Positions 30,939-41,884 of a DNA stretch of 64,000 bases are shown here, in pieces. A program made the position numbers and the translations under genes. Source of the DNA: Nitrospirota bacterium (GTDB lineage Bacteria; Nitrospirota; Thermodesulfovibrionia; Thermodesulfovibrionales; Dissulfurispiraceae); the NCBI GenBank assembly GCA_963710375.1, contig CAVPZX010000008.1:96001-160000 (forward strand). Direction: 5' to 3'. The first letter of the stretch is position 1. Every line of letters begins with the position of its first letter. The notes below the pieces were generated by a model. That model saw only the letters and a program-made list of their open reading frames with translations, did no database searches and was not told the DNA's origin.

Positions 30939-33125
30939 ATGCAAATGATTTTTTTATTGCTGGCTCTTATTTTATGTCACCCTCCCCTTTCTCATGCGGA
31001 GTCAGGCAACAGCCCTGCCGTAATCCATCACGATATCAAAATCACGCTCTACCCCGATAGCAGGAGATTTATTGCCGAAGATACGATAACTCTGCCTGAC
31101 CAGCCCCATAACGGTCCCAATCGGGAAATAAGCTTTGAACTCCACCGGGGCCTTGCCCCTTCGATAAAAACTCCTGATGTGCATATGTCGGCACAGTCTT
31201 CGGAAGCATCGGAATCAGGACTGCCCCCGCTAGTATTTTATAGAGTTGCACTTCCAGCCGGGCTCAATACCTTCACTATTTCTTACGGAGGCACTATCAA
31301 CCGGCCTGACGTTCCCATAGCCGCGGGGCAGGCGCAAAGCTTCATCGAAAACCCGGATATGATTTCTGAAAACGGCGTATTCCTTTCCGGAGATTCGTGC
31401 TGGTATCCAATCTTCGATAATGAAATGATAACTTTTACAGTTCGGGTCGCATTGCCCGTGGGTTGGGATGCGGTAAGCCAGGGGTTGCGGACCGTCCATA
31501 ACCGTAACAAAAAAGAAATAAATGTGCAATGGGAATCACCTGAACCGCAGGAAGGTATATTCATAGTCGCGGCCCGGTTCAGCGAATATGATAAGCCTGC
31601 AGGACATTATACAGCTATGGTTTTTCTCCGGTCGCCCGACAGCAAACTGGCAGAAAAATACCTGGAAGCCACAGTGCGCTATATAACAATGTACGAAAAA
31701 CTGATAGGACCATACCCTTACAAAAAATTCGCCCTTGTCGAAAATTTATGGGAAACAGGATTAGGCATGCCGTCTTTCACACTGCTCGGACCGAAGATCA
31801 TTCGTTTCCCTTTCATCATCACTTCCTCCTATCCCCACGAGATACTTCATAATTGGTGGGGCAACAGTGTTTTCCCTGAAATAGAAACAGGTAACTGGTC
31901 TGAGGGGATCACCGCTTACCTTGCCGATTACCTGATAAAAGAGCAGGAGGGCGCCGGTGCCGAGTTCCGGCAGGCCACATTGCAAAAGTATGCCGATTAC
32001 GTGGTCGGCAACAGGGACTTTCCCATTTTCGAATTTCGTGCCCGTCACAGCCCTTCTACAGAAGCGATCGGGTATGGCAAATCGCTCATGTTTTTCCATA
32101 TGCTCAGACAGGAACTTGGAGACAAAATCTTTGTGGCGGGATTGCAGGAGATATACCGTGCATACAAATTCAGGTTTGCCTCTTTTGACGACCTAAGAAA
32201 GACCTTTGAAAAGGTTTCAGGTAAAGACCTCAAATGGATGTTCGATGAATGGATACTGCGCACCGGCGCACCGAAATTGAAGCTGCGCAATGTAAACGCC
32301 CATCCGGAAAAAAACGGCTACGTGCTCACGGCAATTATTGAACAGGTGCAGCCGGGGAAAACGTATCGCCTGCGCATACCTATTGCTGTTACTATTGAGG
32401 AGAAAGAGAAGGCATTCCAGTCGGAGGTATCGATGGACAAGGGGATAATCGAACTCTCGCTCCATCTGCCTGCCCAACCTTTACGTCTGGATATAGATCC
32501 TGAATTTGATATTTTCCGAAGGCTCGACCGGGACGAAATGCCTCCTGCACTGTCACAGGCGCTGGGAGAGAAAAAAATGCTCATCCTCCTCCCCGCTTCT
32601 GCAAACAGCGGGCTGCTGCGGGCTTACCGGGAATTTGCGGGTTCTTTTATCAATGAGGGGCCCGAGATGGTCGAAATAAAGCTCGATACCGAGGTGACTG
32701 AGCTTCCATCAGACTGCGCTGTTACAGTTCTGGGGTGGGAGAACCGCTTCCTCAAAGAAGCGATATCTGCTCTTTCAGGATATGGAGTTATTCTCGCTCA
32801 GAAATCGGTGCATATCGGAAAGTACGAAATACAAAAAGAAAAGAATTCGATAGTGCTCACTTCCAGAAACCCAAAAAACAAGGATATGGCGCTCACAATA
32901 ATTTCTACGACTGTCCCCGCAGCACTGCCGGGCCTCGGCATAAAACTCCCGCACTATCATAAATACAGTTATCTCGGATTCGAGGGTGATGAGCCCTCAA
33001 ATATCCTGAAAGGCAGATGGCAAGTCCTCGATTCTCCTATGACTGCACTCATACACGGCAAAAACGGTGCTGTCCGGAAAGTGAAATTGTCTCCACTCTC
33101 ACCGAGGGCCGCTCTGATTAAGTAA
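30939..33125 (+). CDS. Secreted M1-family metalloaminopeptidase
   Basis: Signal peptide; HEILHNWWGN...WSEG (HEXXH-x18-E). Confidence 0.88.
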   Translation: MQMIFLLLALILCHPPLSHAESGNSPAVIHHDIKITLYPDSRRFIAEDTITLPDQPHNGPNREISFELHRGLAPSIKTPDVHMSAQSSEASESGLPPLVFYRVALPAGLNTFTISYGGTINRPDVPIAAGQAQSFIENPDMISENGVFLSGDSCWYPIFDNEMITFTVRVALPVGWDAVSQGLRTVHNRNKKEINVQWESPEPQEGIFIVAARFSEYDKPAGHYTAMVFLRSPDSKLAEKYLEATVRYITMYEKLIGPYPYKKFALVENLWETGLGMPSFTLLGPKIIRFPFIITSSYPHEILHNWWGNSVFPEIETGNWSEGITAYLADYLIKEQEGAGAEFRQATLQKYADYVVGNRDFPIFEFRARHSPSTEAIGYGKSLMFFHMLRQELGDKIFVAGLQEIYRAYKFRFASFDDLRKTFEKVSGKDLKWMFDEWILRTGAPKLKLRNVNAHPEKNGYVLTAIIEQVQPGKTYRLRIPIAVTIEEKEKAFQSEVSMDKGIIELSLHLPAQPLRLDIDPEFDIFRRLDRDEMPPALSQALGEKKMLILLPASANSGLLRAYREFAGSFINEGPEMVEIKLDTEVTELPSDCAVTVLGWENRFLKEAISALSGYGVILAQKSVHIGKYEIQKEKNSIVLTSRNPKNKDMALTIISTTVPAALPGLGIKLPHYHKYSYLGFEGDEPSNILKGRWQVLDSPMTALIHGKNGAVRKVKLSPLSPRAALIK

Positions 33126-33180
33126 ATAAAGGGGACGGTTCTCTTTGATGAATATTAAAAAGAACCGTCCCCTTTATTTA
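33123..33180. terminator. Perfect 20-bp hairpin; bidirectional terminator or REP-like
   Basis: taaataaaggggacggttct / agaaccgtcccctttattta, between convergent genes. Confidence 0.75.
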
Positions 33181-33190
33181 TGAGACGTTG

Positions 33191-33274
33191 CTACTTCTTT
33201 TTAGCTGCGGTTTTCTTGGTAGCCTTTTTTTTGGTGCTGCAGGTCTTGCTTGTGCTGCCAGGTTTGCACGCCAT
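33191..33274 (-). CDS. Small lysine-rich peptide MACKPGSTSKTCSTKKKATKKTAAKKK (27 aa)
   Basis: AAAGGAGG RBS just upstream of the ATG, an upstream sigma28-like promoter and a downstream hairpin. Confidence 0.65.
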   Translation of the reverse strand: MACKPGSTSKTCSTKKKATKKTAAKKK

Positions 33275-33377
33275 AGCTTCCTCCTTTAACTTTCTGCCGC
33301 GCAATAACAGGACCAACGGTCCCTCACGCCCCTGCCGAACTTGCAAAACCGGACACATGGCATTGGGCACAATTCCT

Positions 33378-33404
33378 TTATCGGCGAACAACAGAAAAAA
33401 TTAA
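33378..33404 (-). promoter_or_regulatory. Sigma28 (FliA)-like promoter
   Basis: TTAA-N15-GCCGATAA on the minus strand (consensus TAAA-N15-GCCGATAA). Confidence 0.65.
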
Positions 33405-33417
33405 GGGTCAGCCAGAA

Positions 33418-34635
33418 CTAGGTGCGTGATTTCCTTACCAACCTTTCCCCCACAGCGTCGATGAACTCTTCGGTAAGGGCATATTTCTTTACCGGCGGAT
33501 CAGCGATCAGCATAAGGTCCTTGGTCATAATGCCGCTCTCCACCGTCTCGATGACCGTGCGCTCCAGTTTCATAGCAAAGTCTGACACAACGGGCGTATG
33601 GTCAAGTTCGCCACGTTTTGCCAGGGCACCCGTCCACGCAAAAATGGATGCGACTGAATTTGTCGATGTCGGGTTGCCTTTAAGGTGCTCATAATAATGC
33701 CGGACAACAGTACCATGTGCAGCCTCGAACTCGTATTTCCCGTCAGGAGATACAAGCACCGATGTCATGAGGCCGAGGCTCCCGAAGCCGGTCGCCACCA
33801 TATCGGACATTACATCTCCGTCGTAGTTCATACATGCCCAGAGCATTCCTCCATCGGACTTTACCACCTGGGCAACGGCGTCATCGATGAGAAGATAGCG
33901 GTACTGAATACCTGCCTGCTTAAGTCTGTCGCCGGCCTTTTCAACTTCTTCGCCAAAGATGTCCCTGAAAAAACCGTGATACTGTTTTGATATTGTATCT
34001 TTTGTCCCGAACCAAAGGTCGTATTTTTCGCTGATCGCATAGTTTATGCATGACTGTGCAAAACTCCTGACCGATGGCTCGGTATTGTGCATACCCATAA
34101 CAACGCCGCGCCCTTTGAAATCGTGGATTTTAAGCACGGTCTTCCCCCCGCCTCCTGCCGGCGTAAATACGATTTCAGCAGTGCCTGGCTGCTCAACAAC
34201 TAATTCGGAGTTTTTATAAATGTCCCCATAAGCGTGGCGTCCAATGATGATCGGTTTCTTCCATTTGTGCACGGCAGGCGGAATGTTTGCCATGATAATC
34301 GGCTTTCTGAACACCGTGCCGTCAAGTATGGAACGAATCGTACCGTTAGGGCTTTTCCACTGCTGCTTGAGGCCGTATTCCTTTACACGGGCCGCATTGG
34401 GAGTAATCGTCGCACACTTGACGCCGATGCCGTACTCCTTTATGGCATTGGCAGCTTCAACAGTGACCGCGTCGTCCGTCTCATCCCTGTGTCGAATGCC
34501 GAGGTCATAATACCTAAGGTCAATATCCAAAAAAGGCTTTATCAGTTTCTCCTTTATGAGCTGCCACATTATCCTGGTCATCTCATCCCCGTCCATTTCA
34601 ACAATGGGATTTTTCACTCTGATCTTTTCAGTCAT
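33418..34635 (-). CDS. icd: NADP-dependent isocitrate dehydrogenase (eukaryote-like dimeric type)
   Basis: [36 protein letters not shown] motifs. Confidence 0.96.
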   Translation of the reverse strand: MTEKIRVKNPIVEMDGDEMTRIMWQLIKEKLIKPFLDIDLRYYDLGIRHRDETDDAVTVEAANAIKEYGIGVKCATITPNAARVKEYGLKQQWKSPNGTIRSILDGTVFRKPIIMANIPPAVHKWKKPIIIGRHAYGDIYKNSELVVEQPGTAEIVFTPAGGGGKTVLKIHDFKGRGVVMGMHNTEPSVRSFAQSCINYAISEKYDLWFGTKDTISKQYHGFFRDIFGEEVEKAGDRLKQAGIQYRYLLIDDAVAQVVKSDGGMLWACMNYDGDVMSDMVATGFGSLGLMTSVLVSPDGKYEFEAAHGTVVRHYYEHLKGNPTSTNSVASIFAWTGALAKRGELDHTPVVSDFAMKLERTVIETVESGIMTKDLMLIADPPVKKYALTEEFIDAVGERLVRKSRT

Positions 34636-37319
34636 TATTCCTCCTTCAATCCATCCAGGTAAGCGCTTGCCTGACCATGAACAGACGGACATTCCGTCTT
34701 CGAAACGCTTCGGACAATGCGCTCCAACGCGGCGCGCACTCTTTCCTGCAGCTGCGGCTTCAAAGAGTTTATATGCTGAAAGGTATTAAGCAAACGGCCT
34801 GTCGTTATAGCATTGATTGGGGCAAGCTCTATAACTGTGTCAGCAACCCATCTGATCCCCTGCCCTGTCCAAACCATTTTGTTATTAACGGCCATAGACA
34901 TAAAAAGCGCCCTGCTCCATGTAGGTTGTCTAATATCGAAGCCGGGACGGTTTTTTTCAGCCTCTATCATTTCAAAGACATCCTCCCTTGTTCCGCTCGC
35001 CACAACCCGAAGGTAATTGGCATACCCGCTCAGATGCGAATGCCACTTTGAATATACCTCTTCAAGAAGTGTCCGTCTTTGCGGCGCGGAACTGCGGTTA
35101 AGGGCAAGCAATGCCGCTACCCTGTCAGTAGCAGTAGTGGCAGCCTCGAAGTGATCAAGGATCAGTTTATGACTTTCGGAGGAATCGTCAATAACGATAA
35201 GATCCAGCAGGATATTCTTCAGCATACGGTCCTCTATGCCGTCCTTAGGGGATTGCCGCTTCGAGACCGTGTAGGTGTCCAGTCCAACAAACAATTCCAG
35301 CAGTTCATCTCTGTACAGACGGTTCACTGCAAGCATCATTTTTTCGCGTGCTGCAACCAGCTCCTGATACCACGCAGCATATGCACGGTCCAACGGCTGC
35401 TCGTCTATGCGCAAAAAATACGGCTTCAGCGCAAAAGGGATGCTCCTGTCTGAAAGGATTTCTCCATACAGCGACAGCCAGCCGGGACTGATAGTATCGT
35501 CCGGATTCAACAAAAGTTTGGTCCTTTCATTATCAGTCAATTGCCTCATCGCATCCACGCGGTTATAGGAGTTAGGATCAAGACGCGCCTGCAAAGACGT
35601 TGACCCGGTAGTCGCATTGCTGTGCTGGAAAGTTCCGTAAAATGAATAATCACGGTTCATAGAGGCAAAGGCCGGCGCTTCCGTGATGTTTTCAAAGACC
35701 AGCTCTGCAACAGGCTCTCTGAGTTGAAACACCCTCTCTGTTCCCCCTATGTGCCTCCCGTTTTTGTCCACAAGTGCGAGCACTATCGGCAGATGAAACG
35801 GTGATTGCCCATGTTTCACTTCCTGATGGAAGGTTATCCTGTAAATCCCGGTCAAAGCCTCATATTGTGTTGATGCGGTTACCTTGGGGTAGCCCACAGT
35901 ATATAGCCACTCCTTTTTGAATTGTTCAAGCGAGAGACCCGAAGCCTCTTCAAAACACTCGAAGAACTGGCCGGTTGTCGCATTGCCATTATGATAGCGC
36001 GAGAAATACAGCGTTTTCCCCCTGCGGAAGCTGTCGGCGCCGATAATGAGCCTGAGCATCCTGATGACTTCAGCAGCCTTTACATATGTAACTCCGTCGA
36101 TCAACTCGTCAGGATCATTGAACCCTTCACGGACTATGCGGCCTGCATGGCCGGCATCCTCAATGGCGAGCGGCCCGAGCAGGGGATTTCGAATGCTGTC
36201 CACCTGGAAAAGACGAATAAAAGACGGATCAAAGTTATCCACCATGAACTGACGCTCTACATCAACAGTATACGCTTCATTAAGCCACACATCGAAAGGA
36301 GTATCCATGGTGGTCTCACTTCCGCACTGGTTGTGCTCAAACTCATGGACAATGACAGAGTGGGCGTACAGAAGTCCGATGTCCAGCGTATGTTCATTTA
36401 TAAGCGCTGCATCAGTAACTATAGTGGTATTGCCGACATTCTCCATTCCGCCGAAATTAGATTTGTTCATACAGATCGTACGGTAGGCATCTCCTGTATA
36501 TTCATAATCCTGCGTCTTCCTGATCCAGAGGACCGATGCTTTAAGTATTTCCATTGGAATGCGCACATTGTCAACAGCCCCTGGAGGGACTAGATACTCA
36601 AGCCGGACAGTCCGGCCCGATGGATAAGTCACGGCATCTGCCAGCGTGTCCCATGTTCCTGCGCATACTAAAAACAAATAAGGCGCCATGGGAACAGCAT
36701 TTTCAAACGTGATAACCTGCCTTCCGGGACTGCCCTTCTTAGGCACAGGCTGCCCCTCAGGGTTCAGAAGGCTGCTGACATTACCGTTGCTGATGAGATG
36801 GGTATACGCGCTATCTGCCTCTATTGTAGTAGTCATGGTGCATTTAGCGCGGCAATCATCAAAGATGGGCATTATCCTTTGAAATCCCCATTGCTGGCAT
36901 TGAGATATATACTGCTGCGGCGCGCCCGGAGGCGTAGTGTCCTTGTAAATTCCTTCTAAAACGTGGTCTGAAGGGAAGCAGCGGGTAAACGTCCTTACAA
37001 AGAACCTTTCTCCCTTGTCTACCTTGTGCGGAAGTTTTATTATGAGCCTGTTCTTTTCACGTATATATTCGTAGACAAGAGATATTCCGTTCTCGTCCGC
37101 AGGGCCGGAACAAAATTCGACGGTTAAAATTTCGAGACTGTTGGCATCGAGAGCTATTTCATCAATATCCTGCTCTGCCGTCATTTCAAGACAATTGCGT
37201 GCTTCTACGCTGCCGTCGATAAAATTGATGTACATGGTCAAGTGATGCAGGGTAACCGCAAGCCGGCCAAAATCCTCACGTCTGTATTTATACTGCCGGC
37301 CCTTTTCTATCTCTGGCAT
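34635..37319 (-). CDS. pepN: Aminopeptidase N (M1 family)
   Basis: GGMEN, HEFEH...[15 protein letters not shown] motifs. Confidence 0.85.
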   Translation of the reverse strand: MPEIEKGRQYKYRREDFGRLAVTLHHLTMYINFIDGSVEARNCLEMTAEQDIDEIALDANSLEILTVEFCSGPADENGISLVYEYIREKNRLIIKLPHKVDKGERFFVRTFTRCFPSDHVLEGIYKDTTPPGAPQQYISQCQQWGFQRIMPIFDDCRAKCTMTTTIEADSAYTHLISNGNVSSLLNPEGQPVPKKGSPGRQVITFENAVPMAPYLFLVCAGTWDTLADAVTYPSGRTVRLEYLVPPGAVDNVRIPMEILKASVLWIRKTQDYEYTGDAYRTICMNKSNFGGMENVGNTTIVTDAALINEHTLDIGLLYAHSVIVHEFEHNQCGSETTMDTPFDVWLNEAYTVDVERQFMVDNFDPSFIRLFQVDSIRNPLLGPLAIEDAGHAGRIVREGFNDPDELIDGVTYVKAAEVIRMLRLIIGADSFRRGKTLYFSRYHNGNATTGQFFECFEEASGLSLEQFKKEWLYTVGYPKVTASTQYEALTGIYRITFHQEVKHGQSPFHLPIVLALVDKNGRHIGGTERVFQLREPVAELVFENITEAPAFASMNRDYSFYGTFQHSNATTGSTSLQARLDPNSYNRVDAMRQLTDNERTKLLLNPDDTISPGWLSLYGEILSDRSIPFALKPYFLRIDEQPLDRAYAAWYQELVAAREKMMLAVNRLYRDELLELFVGLDTYTVSKRQSPKDGIEDRMLKNILLDLIVIDDSSESHKLILDHFEAATTATDRVAALLALNRSSAPQRRTLLEEVYSKWHSHLSGYANYLRVVASGTREDVFEMIEAEKNRPGFDIRQPTWSRALFMSMAVNNKMVWTGQGIRWVADTVIELAPINAITTGRLLNTFQHINSLKPQLQERVRAALERIVRSVSKTECPSVHGQASAYLDGLKEE

Positions 37320-37345
37320 AACTCTTTTCTCCTTTTTCTGAAGGC

Positions 37346-37371
37346 ACAAGTAAATTGTTCGCAGACCCTTA
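37346..37371. mobile_element. Solo terminal arm of the family B MITE
   Basis: acaagtaaattgttcgcagaccctta versus acaagttatttattcgcagaccctta at the end of 41332-41511 (3 mismatches). Confidence 0.6.
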
Positions 37372-37913
37372 ATGTTATATTATTTGTGTTCTTCCGAACA
37401 AGTTAGCCCGAACAGATGCCGCACTGCTTCATCCTTCTTTTTTCTCTCTCCACAACCCCGGATTGAAGTAGTCTTTAAGCGCTTTACATTTCTTCTGATG
37501 CCTGCATAAACTCCGGCAGGCGATCACATATTTAAAACATTTCTTTACAGAGCAGAAAATTTTATCAGTGTTCTTATCGGGCAAGGCACACCTTATCTAT
37601 TTTTTTTTATATATTATACTTATAATTTAAAAAAAGAGGCCGCATTATGAAGAACGTTTTCTCATTGCGTGGCATATCCATCCCGCGATGCGTCGAACAG
37701 GGGATTCTATCCAGTAGTAGTCTCCGACTGCGTCTCCTCCTCGGACAAAGAAGCGCATGAGCGCTCTTTGAAAAATCTCGAAAAGTTGGCAATTGTAAAA
37801 CAAGCCGCTGAGATATTGAAGAGCCTCGGGACTAAATAGAAAACAGGGACATCGCAGTTTTATATCGCCGGATTTGGATTATAATTAATTATCTTGTATA
37901 CCGGAGGTATGCC

Positions 37914-38483
37914 ATGGAAAAAAGGATTGTGTATTTCGAAAAAGCCGGCAGGGAAAACACGGATGCTTGTCTTCAGATAGTAAAAGATGCCATAAGGGAC
38001 TACAGGTATAAGCACCTTGTGGTTGCTTCAACATCAGGAGACTGCGGGATTTTATTTTCAGAAGCATTAAAAGACAGCGGCATCAATCTCATCGTAGTCA
38101 CCCACTGCGCGGGGTTTAAAGAACCAAATAGCGATGAAATATCCGCAGAGGTAAGACAAAGGATAGCGCTGGCCGGCGCAAAAATACATACCGGCACCAT
38201 GATCACCCATAGTCTTGAAACCGCCTTTGCCTCGAAATTCAACGGACTTTATCCGACACTTATTGTCGCCCAGACACTCAGAAGGTTCGGAGAAGGTGCA
38301 AAAGTAGGCTGCGAGATGGTTATGATGGCGGCTGATGCAGGGCTTGTTCCTGAAGGTGAGGAAATCATTACCGTGGCAGGTACAGGGCGAGGCGCAGATA
38401 CGGTGCTCGTTATAAGATCAGCAGTATCAAAACGTTTTTTTGATCTGAAAGTGCTGGAAGTGCTGGCAAAGCCGAGGGGATAA
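37914..38483 (+). CDS. Pyruvate kinase alpha/beta domain-like protein (DUF1867 type)
   Basis: YFEKAGRENT, VVASTSG, FGEGAKV, MAADAG, AGTGRGADT motifs. Confidence 0.85.
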   Translation: MEKRIVYFEKAGRENTDACLQIVKDAIRDYRYKHLVVASTSGDCGILFSEALKDSGINLIVVTHCAGFKEPNSDEISAEVRQRIALAGAKIHTGTMITHSLETAFASKFNGLYPTLIVAQTLRRFGEGAKVGCEMVMMAADAGLVPEGEEIITVAGTGRGADTVLVIRSAVSKRFFDLKVLEVLAKPRG

Positions 38484-38836
38484 GGCCGTGACGCGTTACT
38501 TGGTTATCGCATAGGCGCATAACATGCAAAAGTTAGAACTGCACCTTTCAGGCAGTATACAACTACCTCACTTTCTCACAGCTATACTCCGCACCAGCGG
38601 TTGGCCTAAATATGCCGTGGAGTATAAACGGAAACACTCAGTGGTTAACTCAAACCAGCACGCTATACCGCGAAAGAAATAACCCATGAGTAAAGGAAGG
38701 TACGGGCAAAAAGTGAGAGAGGTTTAATTTCTCAAATGTGTAGACCTGACCCTGAGCCCTTGGTCACGAGCAGCCATTGCGCTCTGCTTCACCAGTTGTC
38801 TTAGAGATCAGTACTCGCAGGCTTTTAAGTCAAACT

Positions 38837-40708
38837 TCAAAGGCGCTGCTCGCCGCTCCAGCCATTGTTGGGGGCCGTTTGCCAGTTATGATAAAGGGCA
38901 TCGTCGGTGCCGATGTAGAACAGTTCCAGTCGGCCGTCCTGGTTCTGGCCGACGGCGATTTGTTTGGCCAAACCACCGAGACTATACTCGCCGCTCCAGC
39001 CATTGTTGGGGGTCGCCTGCCAGTTATTATAAAGCGCATCGTCGGTGCCGATGTAGAACAGTTCCAGTCGGCCGTCCTGGTTCTGGCCGACGGCGATTTG
39101 TTTGGCCAAACCACCGAGACTATACTCGCCGCTCCAGCCATTGTTGGGGGCCGTCTGGCAGTTATGATAAAGTTCGTCATTGGTGCCGATGTAGAACAGT
39201 TCCAGTCGGCCGTCCTGGTTCTGGCCGACAGCGATTTGTTTTGCGAAGCCACCTAAACTATACTGACCGATCCAGTCATTGTTGGGGGCCGTCTGCCAGT
39301 TATGATAAAGGGCATCGTCGGTGCCGACGTAGAACAGTTCCAGTCGGCCGTCTTGGTTTCGGCCAACAACCAGGTCCTTGGCTGCCCCCCCTAACTCAGA
39401 CTCCCCATGCCACCCGTCAGCTGTCTGCCAATTATGGTAGAGTTTATCATTGGTACCGATGTAGAAGATTTCCAATCGTCCATCTTCATTCCGTCCGACC
39501 ACTACTTTCTTTGAGTAGTCGGTAACACCCAACCATTCCTCGCCGTGCCAATCGCCATTCGGATGGACCTGCCAGTTGTGATATAGGCGGTCATCAGTGC
39601 CTACATAAAATAATTCAAGGTGCCCATCCGCATTGACTCCAACAGAAAGCTGCTTGGCGAAATCACAGCGGGCCAGGGGGACGTCGGGTGACCACTCGTC
39701 GTTTGGGGCCACTTGCCATAGATGATAAAGTGCATCGTTGTTGTTGGTGTAAAACACCTCCAGTCGCCCGTCCTCGTTCTGTCCGACAGCCATCTGCTTA
39801 CAGCCAAAGCAGTAAAGCGCGACAGCACCGCCGGGTGAAGCATTACTGACGATCACCGCTTCCTGACTGCAGTCAGTAATTTCATCTAACGCGTTCCAAA
39901 GTAATGGCGCCTGCACGCCACCCTGTAATTGTATTTCAATTGCATTCAAAGGAATTTTGCGAGTCGGATAATCGGATGCCTGATCGATGCAGTAAGCTTC
40001 CAGAGTTTCGACACATTGCCAAAGCTCATCGACACCGGTTATGGAAAGTCGAGTGTCCGGCATACCATCAAATTCACACACGTAGTCGTACTTTGAACCC
40101 GTCTGCCCTGTAAGTGTGATGACACCGGTTAAAATGTCGCCTGTATTAACTTGAACAAGATTCGAATGAAGCGCATCTCCGTCCTTACCGTCTGCGTACC
40201 AGCTCGCCACCTCCCAAGAACTGCCGCCGCCTGCAGGACTGTCGCCCCATTGCAACACCGGCTGCAGAATCATCGGTGAACTCTGTATGCCGTTAAAAAT
40301 ATAAATGAGTGGATGCCAAATCACACCCGATGTCGTAGCCGGCGCTGGTGGAACAGTCCACGTAGTCTTGAATGCGAAGACGGTACTCGTTGGGTCCCAT
40401 CGCGCATCAACAACCCACCCCTGGCCCAAACCCGGTACGTTTCGGACCGGTTTCGACACGTTTGTCGGCATCAATGGCTGGTCGCCAGGACGGACTGCAA
40501 GAGGGCCGAAATCCTTCACAAGCCTACCGTCCGGGGCGAGTTTCTTCAGTCGCCCCCCGGAACCGTCTATTACATGTCCCGGCTCCACAAGATGCACACG
40601 AGACTCGTGCCTCAAGCCGCCCGGCGTCATCACGTGGCCTTTGGGGATAACAAACTTCTCCTTCTGTTGGGGTTGCTTTTTATGAGAGCTTTCTTCACCT
40701 ATTGTCAT
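38837..40708 (-). CDS. Peptidase-like N-terminal domain fused to a seven-repeat PLL-type lectin beta-propeller
   Basis: Seven ~46-aa repeats (NxDGRLELFYxGTDDxLYHNWQ...W); N-domain TTWTVPPAP...ILQPVLQWG...GGG..W.VASWY. Confidence 0.75.
   Translation of the reverse strand: MTIGEESSHKKQPQQKEKFVIPKGHVMTPGGLRHESRVHLVEPGHVIDGSGGRLKKLAPDGRLVKDFGPLAVRPGDQPLMPTNVSKPVRNVPGLGQGWVVDARWDPTSTVFAFKTTWTVPPAPATTSGVIWHPLIYIFNGIQSSPMILQPVLQWGDSPAGGGSSWEVASWYADGKDGDALHSNLVQVNTGDILTGVITLTGQTGSKYDYVCEFDGMPDTRLSITGVDELWQCVETLEAYCIDQASDYPTRKIPLNAIEIQLQGGVQAPLLWNALDEITDCSQEAVIVSNASPGGAVALYCFGCKQMAVGQNEDGRLEVFYTNNNDALYHLWQVAPNDEWSPDVPLARCDFAKQLSVGVNADGHLELFYVGTDDRLYHNWQVHPNGDWHGEEWLGVTDYSKKVVVGRNEDGRLEIFYIGTNDKLYHNWQTADGWHGESELGGAAKDLVVGRNQDGRLELFYVGTDDALYHNWQTAPNNDWIGQYSLGGFAKQIAVGQNQDGRLELFYIGTNDELYHNCQTAPNNGWSGEYSLGGLAKQIAVGQNQDGRLELFYIGTDDALYNNWQATPNNGWSGEYSLGGLAKQIAVGQNQDGRLELFYIGTDDALYHNWQTAPNNGWSGEQRL
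38840..39250. repeat. Three near-identical 138-bp tandem repeats within the propeller gene
   Basis: tcgccgctccagccattgttgggg recurs at a 138-bp period. Confidence 0.9.
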
Positions 40709-41014
40709 TTGTTTTCCCCTTTCTTTTCCCTTCATTCTCTTTGCCGGCCATTAAATATCTCTCGTTAGACTGCAGTTCTGCGGCCCAACCATGTAATTAA
40801 CTGGTCTTATAAAAAGTAAATCATAAAAATAGTGCTCCGTCAAGCGAATGTTATGTAACGTAAGTAACAACGTCCCATACTGCCCATATAATGTTTTACC
40901 TATCACTTCTCCCCAAAACAGCAAAGAATCAATGTGTCAACCGGAAATGAACATTTCCCGCGAGATGTCTTATGTGTTTAGAGTCAGGTGAAACTTAGCA
41001 TTCCCCAAAGAATG

Positions 41015-41629
41015 CTAAGGTGTCAGTGTTTCAAGTCCTTCTTCATCTGCGACTTTGCAAAGGCGCCGGTCGGAAGATACAAAGGTGATGTCATCATGCT
41101 TAAGGTTTAATGCAATAGCGAGCTGGATGCTGTCAATTGGCTTCATGTATCTTTTCAGAATAAGATTCTCTGCCTTGATAATGTCTTCCGCGCTCACATC
41201 CAGAATTGTGATGCCGAGGGTGGTAATGTCCTGGTAGAAAAATGCCCTTTGTTGCAGAAACTGTTCTTCGTTGGTAATCTTGTTGACCTCAAAGAGCCGC
41301 CTGAGATTCGATATGATCTCAACTATGCTTTGGGTCTGCGAATAAATAACTTGTGCATTCAGGCGCTCAGATTTGGGTCAGGTTTGGCTGATCCGATTGA
41401 GCAAAGCCGCAGGTGTAGCATGGCTACATTGAGGATTTTGCGACTGAGGAACGGTCAAAGATGACCTGAAGATGAGATGAATCAATGTACAAGTTATTTA
41501 TTCGCAGACCCTTACGGAGGAAATAAAAACCTGCTGATCGGATGTTTGGAGTATCTGGGACACAAGGGCTGTCCCTTTCTCAGGCTGATATCTCTTGAAG
41601 AGAGCACTGGTGTCTATAAAGTAAGTCAT
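41015..41629 (-). pseudogene. vapC: VapC/PIN toxin interrupted by a MITE
   Basis: MTYFIDTSALFKRY...FISSV | SIVEIISNL...DSIQLAIA...FVSSDRRL. Removing 180+3 bp restores a 143-aa frame. Confidence 0.88.
41332..41511 (+). mobile_element. MITE, family B copy 1 (180 bp)
   Basis: Perfect TIR gggtctgcgaataaataacttgt; flanks TTT/TTA (degenerate 3-bp duplication); homologous to 43005-43185. Confidence 0.9.
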
Positions 41630-41632
41630 CAG

Positions 41633-41806
41633 TTATCGTTTTGCTCTTTCTTCGATAACCCTCTTGGAAAGAGAAACTCCGATACCCGACAGGCTCTGCT
41701 GCATGTCCTTTAAAGTGATGTCCGAATGCCCCAATTTCTTCAAATGACGATGAAGCCTGGAGCTTATATGGGTCTGGCCTGTAGCCTTTGCAAGCGCTTT
41801 TGCCAT
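41633..41806 (-). CDS. Putative antitoxin (57 aa), absent from the ORF track
   Basis: MAKALAKATGQ...SLSKRVIEERAKR; GGAGG RBS; ends 3 bp before the vapC ATG. Confidence 0.75.
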   Translation of the reverse strand: MAKALAKATGQTHISSRLHRHLKKLGHSDITLKDMQQSLSGIGVSLSKRVIEERAKR

Positions 41807-41884
41807 TGTATTAATACCTCCTTTGTATTGTGTTGTCAGTTTATCAGGGCAAGAACTCTAAGGTCAAGATTCTCTCGCGAGCCC

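Noticed and set aside
37630..37830. Possible decayed MITE upstream of the DUF1867-like gene
   Set aside because: GC-rich patch, but no convincing terminal inverted repeat or match to the other families.
38777..39256. Repetitive ORFs in other frames; CRISPR or DGR-like repeats
   Set aside because: They are the 138-bp coding repeats of the propeller gene. There are no spacers, no RT, and no evident adenine-specific variation.
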